DNA of 64,000 nucleotides from an uncultured delta proteobacterium (GTDB lineage Bacteria; Desulfobacterota; Binatia; UBA9968): NCBI GenBank assembly GCA_963755715.1, contig CAVWLW010000041.1, positions 41,044 to 105,043 of the forward strand, read 5' to 3'. Shown piece by piece: positions 51,965 to 60,839 of this stretch (position 1 is its first letter; each line of letters starts with the position of its first letter). The notes under the pieces were generated by a model. It saw only the letters and a program-made list of their open reading frames with translations, ran no database searches and was not told where the DNA came from. The position numbers and the translations under genes were made by a program.

Positions 51965-53008
51965 ATGTGCCCCAAAAAATACTGGCCCTGGCGGTTCATT
52001 GTTAAATTCCTGACCCTCTCGTTTATCGTTCCTGTTTCGACCTTCGCCCAGCCCGCGCCTCGTTCCGTCACGATCGGCTCGAATCCGCCCGGCACAGTAT
52101 TTTACGCGCTGGCGAGCGGGCTGGCGAAGGTCGCAAGTGAAGGCGCACCGACACAACTCGTCGTTCAACCCTATTCCGGCACAAGCACTTTTTTGCCTCT
52201 GCTCGACACCGGTGAGGTCGATTTCGGGATCAACAACGCGGTGGACATGGCGTTGTCCTATCAGGGACCGGTTCGTTTGAAGATCGGCGGGCGCAACCCA
52301 TTTCAGCACACGCCCAATGTCAGGCTGGTCATGCGCGGCTCAATCCTAATGACAGCGCTGTTGGTCCGCAAAGACACACCGATGAAAACCATCCACGACA
52401 TTCGCGGCAAAAGATTGACCGGAGAATATCCAGCGCAGCTCGCCAATTGGTACAACCTCTACGGATTTCTCGCCGGCGCCGGGATGAAATGGGAAGACGT
52501 ACAGATCGTTCCAGTGCCTGGCGCTAACGAGGGGGTCGATGCACTCGTGCAGGGACGCGCCGATGTGGCATTGCACGCCATCGATTCGGCCAAAGTTAAG
52601 GAGGCCGATGCTGCGGTGGGCGTGCGCCATCTTTCTTTAGATTGCTCGCCCCAAGGGGAAAAGCGGCTTCGTGCGGCCGTACCCGGTTACTATCCCTACT
52701 GGCTCAAGCGCGGCCAGGCTAGCGCCATTGCCGAGGACACCTGCGTGAACGCGTACGATATTTACTTGACGACGCATAAGGCGTCGCCGGAGAAAGTCGT
52801 TAATTCGATCCTCAAAAATATCTGGGACAACGTCGATAAACTCGCGCCGCTCCATCCCGGCTTTAAGGACTGGACGCGACAGCGCGCGGTCGATGCCGAC
52901 GTGACGATTCCCTACCACCCGGCAGCGCTGCAGCTTTACAAAGAGCGCGGCGTTTGGCCGGCGAGTATGGATGACGCGCAGCGTCGGCTGCTCGCCCTCA
53001 ATCCGTGA
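51965..53008 (+). CDS. TAXI family TRAP transporter solute-binding protein
   Basis: TIGSNPPGTVFY...GLAK, LLDTGEVDFG, DIRGKR and IPYHPAALQLYKERGVW motifs. Confidence 0.88.
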   Translation: MCPKKYWPWRFIVKFLTLSFIVPVSTFAQPAPRSVTIGSNPPGTVFYALASGLAKVASEGAPTQLVVQPYSGTSTFLPLLDTGEVDFGINNAVDMALSYQGPVRLKIGGRNPFQHTPNVRLVMRGSILMTALLVRKDTPMKTIHDIRGKRLTGEYPAQLANWYNLYGFLAGAGMKWEDVQIVPVPGANEGVDALVQGRADVALHAIDSAKVKEADAAVGVRHLSLDCSPQGEKRLRAAVPGYYPYWLKRGQASAIAEDTCVNAYDIYLTTHKASPEKVVNSILKNIWDNVDKLAPLHPGFKDWTRQRAVDADVTIPYHPAALQLYKERGVWPASMDDAQRRLLALNP

Positions 53009-53330
53009 CGCCTTGATCGCAATCTTGGGAAGGCCGCATGGGCTTTCAAACTTGCCTAACTCTACTAACTCGCCTTCGCTGGAACTGTGAATTGGCACGC
53101 AAAATACACTTGAGTTCATCGCGCTATGTTGGTCCATTTCAGCCGGAATTTACCTGTTGTCCATGCGCGAATTTAACACAACTTAACCTCGAATAGTCGG
53201 AGCTAGAGAGACGAAGCTCTTTTCGAGCTTCAAACGTGCCGCCTTTTGAACGGCGGTGATCTTGGAAGCAGCGACGGCATTTTGAATCGGTTCTTACCAT
53301 ACGTCTGCTTCCATTTGGTGAGGAGGGACA

Positions 53331-55643
53331 ATGAAGCTTGAAGACTATCGGCCCGCGAACGCTTTTGACCAACTAACGCTGCGAGATCTTTTGGATGCTC
53401 GCGACCTCTATCACGTTCATCTCATGCAGCACCCCAATGTCGTGGCGACCGCGCTCGGACGGTATCGTATACGGAAGACGGACAGTTGGCCGAACCAGAA
53501 GGGACTAGGGAAAAAACACGGAACATTTCCACGTACACTCGAGAATTCAGAGGTACGGTACTACTCGTGGCCCGCTATTATGGTGTTCGTCAGCAGATGG
53601 GAAACCCCTCGTGAACTTGAGGCGAACGCTGGCGGCCTCATCCCAAAGACATTTTACCTGCCTGACGGTCGTCGCGTTCCGGTCTGCGTCATTGAAGCTC
53701 CGAAAGAAGACGAGAATGAGGTTAAATCAATCGATATCCAATATCCCCTAAATAATATCGGTGGCGGGTCGCTGGTGATAGCAGATTTGCAAGGCCGCGA
53801 GTATGCTGCAACGATTGCCTGCCTGGTGAGCGATGGACATACCGTCTACGCTCTCACGAATCGACATGTAACGGGTTCCAGCGGCGAGGTCGTATATTCG
53901 CGTCTTGGCGGAAAGCTCGGCCGCATCGGCTCCAGCTCCGAAAAGCAACTGACGCGCGCTCCTTTTTCGACCATATATCCCACTTGGCCTGGCCGCGACG
54001 TGTACGTGAACCTCGACGTGGGACTCATCGAGCTGGATAATCTTGACCAGTGGACAGCCAACATTCGAAACGTTGGCCAGATGGGGAAAATGGTTGACCT
54101 CTCGGTCAACAACATCTCCCTCTCGCTGGTTGGGTCGCATGTGCGCGGCACGGGCGCTGCAAGCGGCCAGATGATGGGAGAGATTGCCGCGCTTTTTTAC
54201 CGCTACAAAACGAATGGAGGCTTTGAATACGTAGCGGATTTGTTTATCGGTCCGCGCTCAAACGGCCGGTCACGCAAGGCGGCGGCGCAGCCGTTTGCCA
54301 CTCATCCGGGCGATTCGGGAACCTTGTGGCTGCTTGAACCGATACCGAAAGAGAACAACGGAAAACGCAAGGACGACAAAGATCCCGTGGAATATTTGCC
54401 GATCGCGATGCAGTGGGGGCGCAACATGCTCTATTCCGCTGGCGCCGCCAGACCGCAGAGCTATGTTCTCGCAACGTTATTGTCCCGGGTCTGCGCAGAA
54501 CTCGGCGTCGATCCCATCCGCAATTGGAATCTTGACCAGCCCGATACCTGGAGTGCCATAGGGCATTTCTCTGTCGCCGCTCGCGCCCAAAATGGTCTTT
54601 CCAACCGTCTGCCCAAACTTGTCAAATTGATGGGAAACAACGCGCTTATCATAAGCCACGATGACGCCACAATTCTGGAAGGCGACTTCGTTGGAATGGG
54701 TGAAGCGGCGTTCGTTCCTATGGCGGATGTTCCTGACTTCTATTGGAAGCCGGGCATAGCGAAGCAAGGTTTCGCCAGGCCTTTTGAGGGACCAAATCAC
54801 TTTGCGGATATGGATCAGCCCGGGCCTGATGGAGAAAAAACGTTGCTCGACTTGTGCGAAGACGAGAGTTTCATCGATCCTGAGAAGTGGGACGAGTTCT
54901 ACAGCGCGGTGGTCGATTTGATGGAGAACAAGCCGATTGAGGCGAAGCACCGCGGACTGCTCCCTTTTCGGGTTTGGCAGATTTTCGATGAAATGGTCGA
55001 ATTCGCGAGAAACAACAAGATGCCCAAGTTTGTGTGCGCTGCGGGAGTCTTGACTCACTATATTGGCGATGCGTGCCAGCCGTTGCACATTTCCTATCTG
55101 CACGATGGCGATCCGCTGCGCAAGGTGGAGTACACATTCAAAAAAGGAGAACACGAAGGCGAGACAGAAGAGAGACCGCTGGGCCAGGGAGTCCATTCGG
55201 CATACGAAGACACAATGATTAGTGACCATCGCAAGCTCGTCCTTGATGGCCTGAAGGCAACACCGAAAACGAAGCAAAGCGAAATGATTGGCAACGGCTT
55301 TGAGGCGGCGAAACGCACCATCGAAATGATGGGTTCGACATTTAACGCGATTCCGCCCGCTGCGCTCGTTGAAGCCTTTGCCAAGTTTAAAGGATCTCCT
55401 AAGGAAAGATCTGAATTTCTTTGGAAGAAGTTTGGCAAGAAGACGATTGAAGTGATGAAGGACGGCTCGCATCTTCTGGCGGTAATATGGGAGAGCGCGT
55501 GGCAGCTGGGTGACGGCGAAACCCATGTGACGTCCACGCGAGCCTTAAAGAAATCTGACGCGATGAATATCTGTAATGATCCAAAATTCCTTCCATCTGT
55601 GACGATTGATCGTATTGGTGCATTACTAAAACCACACAGTTAA
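53331..55643 (+). CDS. Trypsin-like serine protease fused to an S1/P1-nuclease / Zn-dependent phospholipase C domain
   Basis: Protease triad LTNRH179V, D229VGLI and PGDS329G. C-terminal domain W407SAIGH, ADVPD, NHFAD, HYIGDACQPLH and GVHSAYE. RBS gaggag. No signal peptide. Confidence 0.82.
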   Translation: MKLEDYRPANAFDQLTLRDLLDARDLYHVHLMQHPNVVATALGRYRIRKTDSWPNQKGLGKKHGTFPRTLENSEVRYYSWPAIMVFVSRWETPRELEANAGGLIPKTFYLPDGRRVPVCVIEAPKEDENEVKSIDIQYPLNNIGGGSLVIADLQGREYAATIACLVSDGHTVYALTNRHVTGSSGEVVYSRLGGKLGRIGSSSEKQLTRAPFSTIYPTWPGRDVYVNLDVGLIELDNLDQWTANIRNVGQMGKMVDLSVNNISLSLVGSHVRGTGAASGQMMGEIAALFYRYKTNGGFEYVADLFIGPRSNGRSRKAAAQPFATHPGDSGTLWLLEPIPKENNGKRKDDKDPVEYLPIAMQWGRNMLYSAGAARPQSYVLATLLSRVCAELGVDPIRNWNLDQPDTWSAIGHFSVAARAQNGLSNRLPKLVKLMGNNALIISHDDATILEGDFVGMGEAAFVPMADVPDFYWKPGIAKQGFARPFEGPNHFADMDQPGPDGEKTLLDLCEDESFIDPEKWDEFYSAVVDLMENKPIEAKHRGLLPFRVWQIFDEMVEFARNNKMPKFVCAAGVLTHYIGDACQPLHISYLHDGDPLRKVEYTFKKGEHEGETEERPLGQGVHSAYEDTMISDHRKLVLDGLKATPKTKQSEMIGNGFEAAKRTIEMMGSTFNAIPPAALVEAFAKFKGSPKERSEFLWKKFGKKTIEVMKDGSHLLAVIWESAWQLGDGETHVTSTRALKKSDAMNICNDPKFLPSVTIDRIGALLKPHS

Positions 55644-55679
55644 TACCAATCCCTATCTTGAGGGGCAGACAGACGATGA

Positions 55680-55748
55680 TTTCGCTGCCGATCATCAGGC
55701 TGTATATGAGCTCGTCGGGAAAATCATTAATTCGAACCCGCCAAGAGT
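55680..55748 (-). repeat. Internal fragment of the gene ending at 63850
   Basis: tttcgctgccgatcatcaggctgtatatgagctcgtcgggaaaatcattaattcgaacccgccaagag nearly matches 63933-64000. Encodes SWRVRINDFPDELIYSLMIGSE. Confidence 0.9.
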
Positions 55749-55851
55749 TGCCATTGAAAATCGATGCACGTCCTCGGGTTGATTTTCAGGACACGATCCC
55801 GTTTCGCACGAACACGGCATCTATTCTCGGGCGTTCTTCCGGCGGCGTTTA

Positions 55852-56874
55852 CTATTTGTACGCTACGGCTGCACTTGCGGGGCCGCGTAGTGGAATCACC
55901 TCGGTCCGACGAAAACCTATCTTGCGACACCAGCCGTCGAAGTCTCGACCCGTGAAGTCAAACGCGTCGCCAAACTCGATCAGCATGTTGAGCGACATCA
56001 TGAGGCCGAAGGTGTTTTTCCGACGCTCGTCATCGATCAAATTCTCGATCACCGCGAAGGCGCCGCCGCTGGGCAGGGCGTCGTAAGCGGACTGAATGAG
56101 CTGCATCTTCTTCTCCAGATTCCAGTCGTGCAGAATCATGCCCATGGTGATCACGTCCGCCTTGGGCAGGGGTTCACTGAAGATATCCACTGACGACGCG
56201 GTGATCCGGTCGCTGAGACCGTGCGCCTCGATGGTCTTCTGCGCGATCGGCACCACCGCCGGAAGATCGCATGTGGTGCACTTCATGTGCGGGTGGCGTC
56301 GGGCGACGAAGATCGATAGCTGGCCGGTGGCGCCGCCGACGTCGCACATGGTTTTGTACGGTGCGAAGTCAAATTTCTCCGCGAAGGTCTCGAAGTTCGC
56401 TAGCGAGATGCCGGCCATCGCGCGCATGAACTGCTCGAGTCGCTCGGGATCACGGTAAAGCTCTTCGAACATTCCCGCGCCGCCGTGCTTCATTTCGTTC
56501 TGCGGTTTGCCGGTCTTGAGCGCTTCGGTGAGGTCGCCCCAGAAACGGTAAAGACGCGTATTCGCCATCTCGAGGAAGCCGCCCATATACGTGCTGCTGT
56601 TTCGGTCGAGAAAGTGAGCGGTTTCCTCCGTGTTCCGGTATCGCGCCGCCTCGCCGTCGCCATCGCGGGCCAGCATATCGAGTGCGACGAGCGTGTCGAG
56701 CAGGTCGGCGACGCCACGCGGATGAAGGCCGAGCTCGTGCTGCAGCTCGCGCGCGGTCAACGATTTGCCGCTCAAGGCGGTGAACACGCCGAGCTCGACG
56801 GCCGAAAGCAAGGTCTTCGCCGGCCAGAAACCCATTCCGATCTGCATCAAACGGCCCGGGTCGCGTTGAGTCAT
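55852..56874 (-). CDS. SAM-dependent O-methyltransferase (Methyltransf_2 with dimerisation domain)
   Basis: KTLLSAVELGVF, FMRAM, DVGGATG and MILHDW motifs. Confidence 0.92.
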   Translation of the reverse strand: MTQRDPGRLMQIGMGFWPAKTLLSAVELGVFTALSGKSLTARELQHELGLHPRGVADLLDTLVALDMLARDGDGEAARYRNTEETAHFLDRNSSTYMGGFLEMANTRLYRFWGDLTEALKTGKPQNEMKHGGAGMFEELYRDPERLEQFMRAMAGISLANFETFAEKFDFAPYKTMCDVGGATGQLSIFVARRHPHMKCTTCDLPAVVPIAQKTIEAHGLSDRITASSVDIFSEPLPKADVITMGMILHDWNLEKKMQLIQSAYDALPSGGAFAVIENLIDDERRKNTFGLMMSLNMLIEFGDAFDFTGRDFDGWCRKIGFRRTEVIPLRGPASAAVAYK

Positions 56875-57211
56875 GTTTTGTCCCTTTCCTCTAAAAAGTA
56901 TCTGCCTTTGACTTCGGTACTGGATCGCTTCGGACTGCGCTCAAACCAAGCTGAGCCGCCATAGAGAAACCCGATTGAGAAATTATATGGGAAACTAGAG
57001 AAACAAAAGGGGCGGGCATGAGTCAGTCATTGTGTCAGCTACCAAACAGTTGATGATACGCCAGCTTGACTCGGAAGATAGGTTGCGTTTTCATTGAAAT
57101 TTGCTGAAGGTGCCGGAGCAAGCAGGGCGTCTCGAGCAATTCACTTATTTACATTGTTGTGACCTTGCGCTGATCGTCATCGGTAGACGCGGGGGCCGAG
57201 GAGCTAAAGTA

Positions 57212-58969
57212 ATGGCGGAAACACAGCTGCTCGCGGCGGAGCAGCTCATGGACCTGCTCGATGTCGCTGTCGATCAGGCGAAGGAGGCCGTGCTGATTAC
57301 CTCGGCGCAGCTCGATCCGCCGGGTCCGGAGATTCTTTTTGTCAACCCTGCCCTCTGCGCCATGACCGGCTACAGCCGGGAAGAGATCCTGCACAAAACG
57401 CCGCGCATGCTTCAAGGGCCGAAGTCCGATCGCGCCATGCTCAAATCTTTGCGCGACGCACTCAGCCGAGGAGAGACGTTCTCCGGCGAGACCGTCAACT
57501 ATCGCAAGGACGGCGCCGAATACTACGTCGAATGGGATATCACGCCGATTCGCGCCGGCAGCGGCGAGATTATTCATTTCCTATCGATCCAGAGGAACGT
57601 GACCGCGCGGAAGCTGGCCGAGGACCAACTGCGAGAAATGTATCGCCAGGTGGAGCGAAGCCGCAACGATCTCGGTTCGATTCTCAACGAACTGCGCATT
57701 GGCGCGGTCATGACCGACGAAAACAGCCAAGCGGTATTTCTTAACGCGGCGGCGCGTCGACTTTTTGGCCGGCCTGAGAGCGCCGCGACCCATTTGCCTT
57801 GGCAAGAGTTATTCAGTTTGGATTCTGAAAACACTCGCAACCTGCAGGCGCTGATCGAAAAGCCGATGGCCGAGCGGAATCGAATCCCGCTGCACTTGGA
57901 TGGAACCGGCGGGCGGCGCCTTTGGCTCGAAGCCGATGTGAAGGACGATCCGCGCGACCCACGGGGTAAAATCTTTTTTCTTTACGATGTGACCGAAGTC
58001 CACGATCTGCGCCGCCTGCTCGATGAGCGGGCGCAATTTTACGATCTTCTCGGCAAGAGCGCGGTCATGCAGCAGGTCTATCAACAAATTCGCGCCGTCG
58101 CGCGCGTCGATTCGACAGTGCTGATCGAAGGCGAGACCGGTACGGGGAAAGAGCTGGTCGCCCGCGCCATCCACGCGGCCAGCCATCGCAAGGACAAGCC
58201 ATTCATCGCGGTGAACTGCGCCGGGCTCACCGAAGCGCTCCTGGCGAGCCAGCTCTTCGGTCACAAACGGGGCGCATTTACCGGCGCCATCGAAGATCAT
58301 CAGGGGTTGTTCGAAGCCGCCAACGGCGGGACTCTGCTGTTGGATGAGATCGGTGATATTCCGATGGCGGTGCAGAATCAACTATTGCGCGTCCTGCAGG
58401 AGCGCGAGATCGTGCGCCTGGGTGAAACCCGTCCGCGCAAGATCGACGTGCGGCTGTTGGCGGCGACGCACCGCAGCTTGACCGACGAGATGACCAAAGG
58501 CAATTTCCGCACGGATCTGTTTTACCGCATTCGCGTGGCGCGCATCGCGGTGCCGGAGTTGCGTGAGCGGCGCGAGGACATTCCGTTGCTGGCGGCTTCG
58601 TTTCTCGCGCAGTTTTCTGCCGCCGTCGGGAAGTCGGTCACTGAATTGAGCCATGAGGCCGTGCGCCTGCTGATGGACCATCCTTGGCCCGGCAACGTCC
58701 GCGAGCTCAGAAGCGCCATTGAATTTGCCGTGATCCGCTGCGGCGGCGCGGTGCTCCAGCCCGATGATTTGCCTCCCGAGATTATCGAGCCGGCGAACTT
58801 CATTAGCTCGATTCCCGGTGACCCGTTGAACGACGAGAAGGCGCGCTTTCTCGAAGCGCTTACCCGTTCGCGCGGTAACCGCGCGCTGGCGGCGCGCCTT
58901 CTCGGCATCAGCCGCGCTACGCTTTACCGCCGATTGGCGGATCTCAATATCAATCCCGAAGACAAGTAG
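57212..58969 (+). CDS. PAS-PAS sigma-54-dependent transcriptional activator (Fis HTH)
   Basis: PAS VNPA..MTGYS...PRMLQGP...NYRKDG. GETGTGKE, GAFTGA, LLDEIG, WPGNVREL and AARLLGISRATLYR. Confidence 0.93.
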   Translation: MAETQLLAAEQLMDLLDVAVDQAKEAVLITSAQLDPPGPEILFVNPALCAMTGYSREEILHKTPRMLQGPKSDRAMLKSLRDALSRGETFSGETVNYRKDGAEYYVEWDITPIRAGSGEIIHFLSIQRNVTARKLAEDQLREMYRQVERSRNDLGSILNELRIGAVMTDENSQAVFLNAAARRLFGRPESAATHLPWQELFSLDSENTRNLQALIEKPMAERNRIPLHLDGTGGRRLWLEADVKDDPRDPRGKIFFLYDVTEVHDLRRLLDERAQFYDLLGKSAVMQQVYQQIRAVARVDSTVLIEGETGTGKELVARAIHAASHRKDKPFIAVNCAGLTEALLASQLFGHKRGAFTGAIEDHQGLFEAANGGTLLLDEIGDIPMAVQNQLLRVLQEREIVRLGETRPRKIDVRLLAATHRSLTDEMTKGNFRTDLFYRIRVARIAVPELRERREDIPLLAASFLAQFSAAVGKSVTELSHEAVRLLMDHPWPGNVRELRSAIEFAVIRCGGAVLQPDDLPPEIIEPANFISSIPGDPLNDEKARFLEALTRSRGNRALAARLLGISRATLYRRLADLNINPEDK

Positions 58970-58984
58970 TTTCGCTGTATCAGC

Positions 58985-59026
58985 TGAGACAGCCGTGAGA
59001 CGGTGTTGAGACACTTCAGTGTCTCA
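58985..59026. promoter_or_regulatory. Putative upstream activator sequence (phased TGAGAC x3 plus inverted GTCTCA)
   Basis: TGAGAC at 58985, 58996 and 59007 (11-bp period). GTCTCA at 59021. Confidence 0.7.
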
Positions 59027-59110
59027 CGAGCGTTGGGAAAATTCCTTGCCATTCCGCCGCTAACTGCAAAACACAAGTAAAACCCGCCACGTGACCGCCG
59101 TAGCCGCACT

Positions 59111-59126
59111 TGGCCCCGCTGTTGCT
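59111..59126 (+). promoter_or_regulatory. Sigma-54 promoter of the fasciclin gene
   Basis: TGGCCCCGCTGTTGCT with correct GG-N10-GC spacing, about 50 bp before the ATG. Confidence 0.75.
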
Positions 59127-59177
59127 CTAACGCTCTTCCCGAAGATTCAAAAAAATAAAAAAAAGGAGGAAAGAAAA

Positions 59178-59669
59178 ATGAGAGTCTTCAAAATCGGATT
59201 AGGAGTGTTGGCTTTAATGTTGGGCTTGGCAGGTTCGGTGAGGGCCGAGTCGATGCCGGACAAGGACATCGTTGATACCGCCGTTTCAGCGGGGTCGTTC
59301 AAAACGCTCGTCGCCGCGGTTCAGGCTGCGGGCTTAGTGGATGCGCTTAAAGGTCAGGGACCGCTCACGGTATTCGCGCCGACCGACGAGGCTTTCAAAA
59401 AGCTGCCCGCGGGCACTGTCGAAAACCTGCTCAAGCCTGAGAACAAGGATAAGTTGATCGCCGTGCTGACCTATCACGTCGTGCCCGGCCGGGTGACAGC
59501 GGGCGAAGTAGTCAATCTAAACTCCGCCAAGACGCTCAACGGGCACTCTCTCAAAATCAGCGCTCGAGACGGAAAAGTCATGGTCGACGGCGCCCGCGTG
59601 ACGGCGACCGATATCATGGCAAGCAACGGTGTGATCCATGTGATCGATTCAGTGGTTCTGCCTAACTAA
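59178..59669 (+). CDS. Secreted fasciclin (FAS1) domain protein
   Basis: [35 protein letters not shown] and [12 protein letters not shown] motifs. Confidence 0.95.
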   Translation: MRVFKIGLGVLALMLGLAGSVRAESMPDKDIVDTAVSAGSFKTLVAAVQAAGLVDALKGQGPLTVFAPTDEAFKKLPAGTVENLLKPENKDKLIAVLTYHVVPGRVTAGEVVNLNSAKTLNGHSLKISARDGKVMVDGARVTATDIMASNGVIHVIDSVVLPN

Positions 59670-59685
59670 ACTGCCAATATGCGAA

Positions 59686-59712
59686 CCGCGGCTGGAGGTT
59701 TCCCAGCCGCGG
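59686..59712 (+). terminator. Hairpin after the fasciclin gene
   Basis: ccgcggctgg / ccagccgcgg 10-bp stem. Confidence 0.6.
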
Positions 59713-59784
59713 GTTTCGTACATGCAACGAAAGAGAATATTGATTATCTCCGAAGCAGCGCGCGACCGTTTACCGTCCAGATCG

Positions 59785-59823
59785 AGCCCGCCCTTTGGGG
59801 CGAAGCCCGGGGTCGGGCTTTTT
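59785..59823 (+). terminator. Second GC-rich hairpin with a T tract
   Basis: agcccg...cgggct followed by a T run. Confidence 0.55.
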
Positions 59824-60068
59824 AATCCAGCGTATCTGTCGAATTCCCAGGATTTGAAGAAATAAACGCAGCAGCAATCTAAAAAGTTCCTATCCGCAAC
59901 GAGGCCGCCAATCCCACCAATGTCAAAATTGGATCAAGTCCGCTTTTTGCTTTCTGCCGTTGCGTTTTTAGCTAACAGCGGACGTGACCCGTTTTCGCCG
60001 CGGATCGGCTAGAGCCGAGGACGCCAATCAGATTTGCACCGTGGATGGAAACCCGATAATGGAGCGGA

Positions 60069-60299
60069 ATGACGAATATTCCAAAAGACATGTTGGCCGA
60101 CGCAAGACAAATAAGGAAAGCGGTTAAGTCGCTGCGAAGAAAAAATGTTATCGATAGCCTAATTCGCCGTGGTATCGCTCCAGATAGAATCGAACGAACT
60201 ATCAGGGATGCCGAAGCGGCTGCAGACCAGATTACCACTAAGGCAAGGTCGCGTATCGCGCACCGAAAACGTGCAAAGCTGAAAATAGTGAAGTCCTGA
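60069..60299 (+). CDS. Small basic hypothetical protein
   Basis: RBS ggag. 76 aa, helical and Arg/Lys-rich. Confidence 0.55.
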   Translation: MTNIPKDMLADARQIRKAVKSLRRKNVIDSLIRRGIAPDRIERTIRDAEAAADQITTKARSRIAHRKRAKLKIVKS

Positions 60300-60399
60300 T
60301 CGATGCCGCAAGGCGGAGGGTCGTGCTCACCTGTGCAATCCGGACGTGGACCGGTTCCTCGAAAAGGATATGAATTTGCCGGCCCGGTGGCAGGAATAC

Positions 60400-60838
60400 T
60401 CACGGTACTAACGTCAGAATCCTGCGAACCAGACCGCACAACATCCGGAAAACGGCCTGAACCATTTCGATATCGAGTGATAGAAGATCATGAAATTCCT
60501 GGCCGTTCAGCTTGAGGGCGCGGACCTGATCGAGCCGCTTTTGCGGTTGTCGCACGAGGGTGGAAATCAAGGACCTCCAGGGTCCCAAAGGCTTCTTTTT
60601 CCTTCATCTCACGAAGGGTATTGCCGCTTCTCTCAATAAACACCCGACCGCTTAAGAGCAGATAGAAGGCGTCTCCAGGCTCTCCCTCGTTAAAGATGAT
60701 TTCTCCCGGCTCAAAATGAACCTCTTCCGTTAATGCCGCGATGCGACCGAGCTGCTCTACCGTGGCATGCTCAAAGATATCTACGGATTTGAGAAAGATG
60801 ACCTTCTCGATTGTCGTTAAATTTTTTTCTGTGGACAA
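60400..60838 (-). CDS. Cyclic-nucleotide-binding (cNMP) domain protein, frameshifted near 60530
   Basis: LTTIEKVIFLKSVDIF...IFNEGEPGDAFYLLLSG...FGTLE...PRATTA. The C-terminus (LKLNGQEFHDLL...) lies in ORF 60400-60588. Confidence 0.82.
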
Positions 60839-60839
60839 G

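Noticed and set aside
46132-56050. Methyltransferase and amidohydrolase tail repeats as DGR template/variable repeats
   Set aside because: There is no reverse transcriptase in the window, and the differences are not adenine-specific and include indels.
26495-56050. Integron or prophage as the explanation for the cassette-like blocks
   Set aside because: No intI, no recurring attC-like palindromes and no phage genes. The boundaries are gene-derived direct repeats.
1400-60540. Frameshifts in about eight genes (~1400-1535, 5118, 7282, 8675, 22090, 36320-36350, 39360, 60530) as pseudogenes or programmed frameshifting
   Set aside because: Both halves keep intact motifs with no in-frame stops, and there is no shared slippery sequence. 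Uncorrected long-read indels are the simplest explanation. Read mapping is needed to confirm.
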